Below, in pieces: positions 60,221-64,000 of a stretch of 64,000 nucleotides of DNA; position 1 is the first letter of the stretch, and every line of letters begins with the position of its first letter. Both the position numbers and the translations under genes were made by a program. The stretch lies in the NCBI GenBank assembly GCA_013265495.1, contig MU058252.1, positions 1,646,244 through 1,710,243 on the forward strand, given 5' to 3'. This DNA comes from Vicugna vicugna. Lineage: Eukaryota. The notes under the pieces were generated by a model. The model did no database searches. It saw only the letters and a list, made by a program, of their open reading frames with translations, and was not told where the DNA came from.

Positions 60221-61689
60221 AATAACTGAGTATAATTTGGAATGAAATAAAGGATAAATGCTCAACCTAATACAGAAAGTAGCCGTGTGAAAACTTCAGC
60301 AATATCTGGTTCTTGTTCATTGCAAAGGCTTCTGAGGGCAACAGCAGGACCTCAAGTCCGTGAGGGGTGGGGTGCCATCTTGTGCGCCCCTGGAGTTCAC
60401 ACAGGGGCAGCGGGACACGTCAGGGGGACGTCTTCAGGACACTCCCGATTTCCTACCAGAGGGAGAGCAGCCAGAGTGGGCCTGGCCCTGGTTTTAGTCC
60501 CACCAGTTAATAGAGGGAAGGACACCAACTGGGGAATTAACTGCTTTAAGGTCAGCTCAAGGCATCAGCCAAACAAAATGGCGCATGTAAAGGTGGGTTG
60601 ACTGGAAGCTCTGGGAGCCTGCAGGAGAGGCACTCGCTCCCGTTAGAACCTCTTGGGAGCCTGTCCTTGCAGTGGACCCCTCTGGCACCGCGTTCGTGGA
60701 TCCAGTGTCTGGCACATGGTGGCACTGGAACAAATGGCAGATGCACAAAACCAAAGGACTGCCTTGGAGGAAGCCTCTATAGGACAGGCGCCCAAGTGAG
60801 TAGAGTCACTGATGGGTAGCTTCAGCCAGGCTGCGAGTGGGAGGTGGAGAAACGCAGGTCTGGAAAAGAGGGCATCTCAGGGTGACATCCACGGCAGGTC
60901 CTCCTGGCCCCTGTCCAGCTGGGCTGTGCCTCTGTCCTGCCATCAGAGTGTGATCGATCATATCAACATGTGATTGTTTTTTCGTACTTGGCAGCTTTTA
61001 TTCTCAGAGAAAATCCTGTTCTCCTTCATTTTCCTCCCCAAGTCCTAAGATTGGGTTGGATTTCATGAGAAGCAGCAGGAGATTCCTAGAAAAAAAAACC
61101 CCTCTTTGTTTGTGATGATATTAATCAGTTCTGGGGAGCCAGTGGAAGTCCCAGTCGATAGAACGTTTTCCCAAAACGCCACGAGTTCTTGTGGTCTTGC
61201 TGCACCGCGACCGTAGTTCAGTGGGGTGTCCTTGAGTTAACAACAGTGTCACGATATTGTTGGAAAGAACATATGCCAGTGAGACACTGGCTGTCTCTAA
61301 CTTTGTTTCCAGAGAAATCAATGAGGTAAGCAGCCTGGAGCTACGTCTGCATGTGTTCATTCATCGATGGGACTTGGTGGTTTTGTCTCCCGACCTGCCC
61401 TCGGGTATTACAGATGATGGGTCCTTAGTCCTCTTGGCTTGACCCCTGCTTACCTTCATCCATCCCTTTTGATTTCTGGGAAGAAGAGACCGAGTGCCAT
61501 CAGACAGAGTACCCTGCAGTGGACCAGTGCAGGGTCTGGGGTCTGGACAGATGCCCGTGGATGGATTAGGTGAGCCCGGAAGACCCCGTGGGGAGCACCA
61601 GGTGGAATCAGAGCAGAGAGGGGAGGGCTGGTGGGGCCCAGCAGCGAGCGGTAAACAGAGGACTGGATTCCAGACCCACAGGAGTTAAC

Positions 61690-61915
61690 GTACAGCGTTG
61701 TGTTAGTTCCCGGTGTTCAGCGTAGTGACTCAGTTACATGTACATACTATTTTTTATGATAGGTTACTATAGGATGTTGAATGTAGTTCCCTGTGCTCTG
61801 CAGCAGGTCCTTGCTGTTTGTCGCTTCACATCTGCAAATCCCAAACTCCTCATCTATCCCTCCCTGCCCTTCCCCTTTGGTAACTAACCAGAGTTTGCCT
61901 TCTGTGTCTGTGAGT
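61690..61915 (-). mobile_element. L1 3' terminus
   Basis: ttgtgttagtt..ggtgttcagc.tagtgactcagtta...tagttccctgtgct...gcaggtccttg. Confidence 0.8.
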
Positions 61916-61959
61916 TCCTTCAGCTCCTGTTGATCTGCTCCCCAAGCTTCTCGCCTTTT

Positions 61960-62222
61960 CCAGCTTTACTGAGACGTAATGGACATGTAACATTGTATAT
62001 GTCTGAGGCGTCCAGTGTGTTGATTTGGTGCATGTATGTATTGCAAAATGGTGCCCACCACCGCATCAGCTAACACCTCAAACCTGTCTCTTTTCTTTTT
62101 TTGCCCCATGGTGAGAAGGTTTACAGTCTACTGTCTCAGAAACTTTCCAGCGTAGACCACAATATTCTTAGCTATAATCACCAGGCTGTACGTTAGGTTC
62201 TTGGAACTGGTCAATCTTGTAA
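61960..62222 (-). mobile_element. L1M 3' terminus
   Basis: cagctttactgagacgtaat...ttagctataatcaccaggctgtac.ttag. Confidence 0.75.
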
Positions 62223-62445
62223 GTGTCCCAGGCTTTTTCTGAGGAAGGAGCTGCGGGCGATGGAATGTTGACCAGGGCTGGCTGAGCCCGTGAGGAGACG
62301 TGGCTGCCCCGCCTGCTCCACTGGTTCCCTGCAGTTCTCACGTGATCTGTCCATTGAAGCCACTCTCCCCATCAGTTTCACTGGACGAGTTCCTTGTTGC
62401 CTCTAAAGTTCGTTTTGGATCTCCTTAAATTGATAGCTGCTTGGA

Positions 62446-62560
62446 GGGGGAGGGTATTGCTCAAGTGGTAGAGCACATGCTTGACATGTGTGAGGTCCTA
62501 GGTTCAATCCCCAGCACCTCCTCCAAACAGAAATAAATGAATAACCCCGCCCCCACCCCA
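62446..62560 (+). mobile_element. tRNA-Ala-derived SINE (Vic-1-like)
   Basis: A box (gctcaagtggtagag) and B box (ggttcaatccc); TSD atagctgcttgga (62433-62445) / ataactgcttgga (62561-62573). Confidence 0.9.
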
Positions 62561-62959
62561 ATAACTGCTTGGAAGTGTGTATTTTCTCTTGTCTCCCCGC
62601 TGGACTTCTTGGTTCTCCATGTCTGTTCTGTTCCTCGTCTCCTCAACAGAACATCTCCTTGTTCCTCCAAGTCTCTGCACTTTGAGGAAAGGCCATCATG
62701 TTGAAGCAGAGTGAGTGAGGCCAGCACTGGGCTTTCTGTGGGAACTGGACCTCCTGTAAGACTGGCTGGTCACTGGTCAGCATAGTCCCCGAGTTCCTGG
62801 TTCCCGTGAAGAAAAATGATGCAAATTCTTCACCTGCCTCATCAGGGGAGGCGGGGTAATCATGCCTATGAACCATGAGAGAGTCTGAAGGAGAATGTGT
62901 CATATTTGGACAAGAACTTTTTTTTAGTCGAAATGACCATTTTAATCCTGTGAGGGAGG

Positions 62960-63420
62960 TTGTTAGCCTGTGCTTTGAAATCAGAAAGAGCGAGAGTTTA
63001 ATCCTGGTTCTGCCACTTATGAGCTGTGTGTGCCCAGCAGGTCCAGGTACTTAGTATTTTATGGCCTCAGTTCCATTGTTTATATCAAGGAGATGAAGGT
63101 ATGCACCTTGGAGAATCCTGACAGAGGAAATAGCCATTCTCAAAGGTGTTTGGTTCAGCACGTGGCACATGGCACATGGCAGACAATTAAAGGCAGAAGG
63201 AAATGATGGTGAAGATGAAGAGAATGGCCACCAAAAAGATGAAGCAAGCTGGAGAGGAGGAAGATGGGGAGGAGGAGGAAGTAACATTTCAACCTGGGAA
63301 AGTCACTGCCACTCTGAGCCTCGGTTCCCTGGTCAGTCTAACGGGGCTACCTGCACCTGTCTCTCTTTTTGTGACGATAAAGTGAAATAATGTATGAGAA
63401 AGGATCTCAGAAACCTCGAA
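62960..63420 (+). mobile_element. MIR fragments
   Basis: aatcctggttctgccacttatgagctgtgtg...gcctcagttcc; ctctgagcctcggttccc. Confidence 0.65.
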
Positions 63421-63539
63421 TTTCTATACACATATGATTTAGTAAACATAGTGTATATCTGTAAGTCATGTGACCTTTCCCAAGGGGTCACACACAGCGC
63501 CGGAGTGGGGGCGGTCACCCTGCAGAGTGATGCAGGTCC

Positions 63540-63930
63540 GGCTCTGTAAAATCTCACCTGCTCTCCAATTCCACAGACACACACCTGCCCTGCAATAAAC
63601 CAACTGGTATCCGCACTGTTTGCCATGTTCCACCCTGCGAAGCAGAACTTTCCATCCTTGTCAGCAGTCTTAATCGGAGTGATGAAGCCAGATGAAAAGT
63701 GTTTGAACATGCTAATGGGCTGACAGGAGATTAAATGGGTCCCTTAACAAATGACTCTCCACCTAGCCCCCAGAGTCCCCGCCTGCTGCGGCCGCACATG
63801 GGCAGCGCAGGTAATCCTGCCTGTTGGAGACATCCATACATCTCCCAGTCTTCGCTCTCGCCGGCCACCCGCGAGCCCGTGACAGCTGGAGAATTATCAT
63901 TCCTTCTCTGCACATTATTCCTCTAACTCT
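63540..63930. promoter_or_regulatory. Candidate conserved enhancer block
   Basis: Unique DNA; TGACAG 63721-63726, TGTCAG, TTAATC/TAATCC, CAATAAA. Confidence 0.3.
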
Positions 63931-64000
63931 CTGTGGCCGTGGGGGTGGCGTGGTGAGGCTGCCCTGAGAATTACTGCCTTGCTGATCTATTTGTTCCCAG

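Noticed and set aside
62446..62525. tRNA-Ala(AGC) genes (this copy and five others)
   Set aside because: Each has an A-rich tail, most have clear TSDs, and the copies carry stem or anticodon mutations; they are SINEs, not tRNA genes.
1..64000. CRISPR array, operon or prokaryote-type system
   Set aside because: The sequence is mammalian; there is no regularly spaced repeat-spacer array or gene-dense region.

Overview
Mammalian, almost certainly camelid, non-coding genomic DNA: six copies of a tRNA-Ala(AGC)-derived SINE resembling the camelid Vic-1 family, plus cetartiodactyl-type L1 3' ends. I found no intact protein-coding gene, rRNA, true tRNA or CRISPR array. The only ORFs with recognisable protein similarity are decayed L1 ORF2 (RT and CCHC domains) and ERV-L protease, pol and dUTPase remnants. 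The rest is a mosaic of L1, SINE, MaLR (MLT1), MLT2/ERV-L, ERV1-like solo LTRs, MIR, L2 and MER5/MER20 elements, microsatellites, two assembly gaps, and several repeat-free, motif-dense blocks that look like developmental enhancers. This fits a large intron or gene desert; the host gene cannot be identified from the sequence alone. The most notable structures are: (1) a scrambled ERV-L provirus with domains in opposite orientations; (2) a triple-nested L1/SINE/twin-primed L1 insertion with readable target-site duplications (TSDs); (3) a solo LTR with a TAR-like bulged hairpin at its predicted start site; (4) local AT-to-GC shifted tracts in old repeats, suggesting GC-biased gene conversion; (5) a 28-bp direct repeat around an enhancer-like block; (6) a few microexon-like signals. 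Repeat family names come from visual recognition, not a database search. I found no convincing novel biological system.
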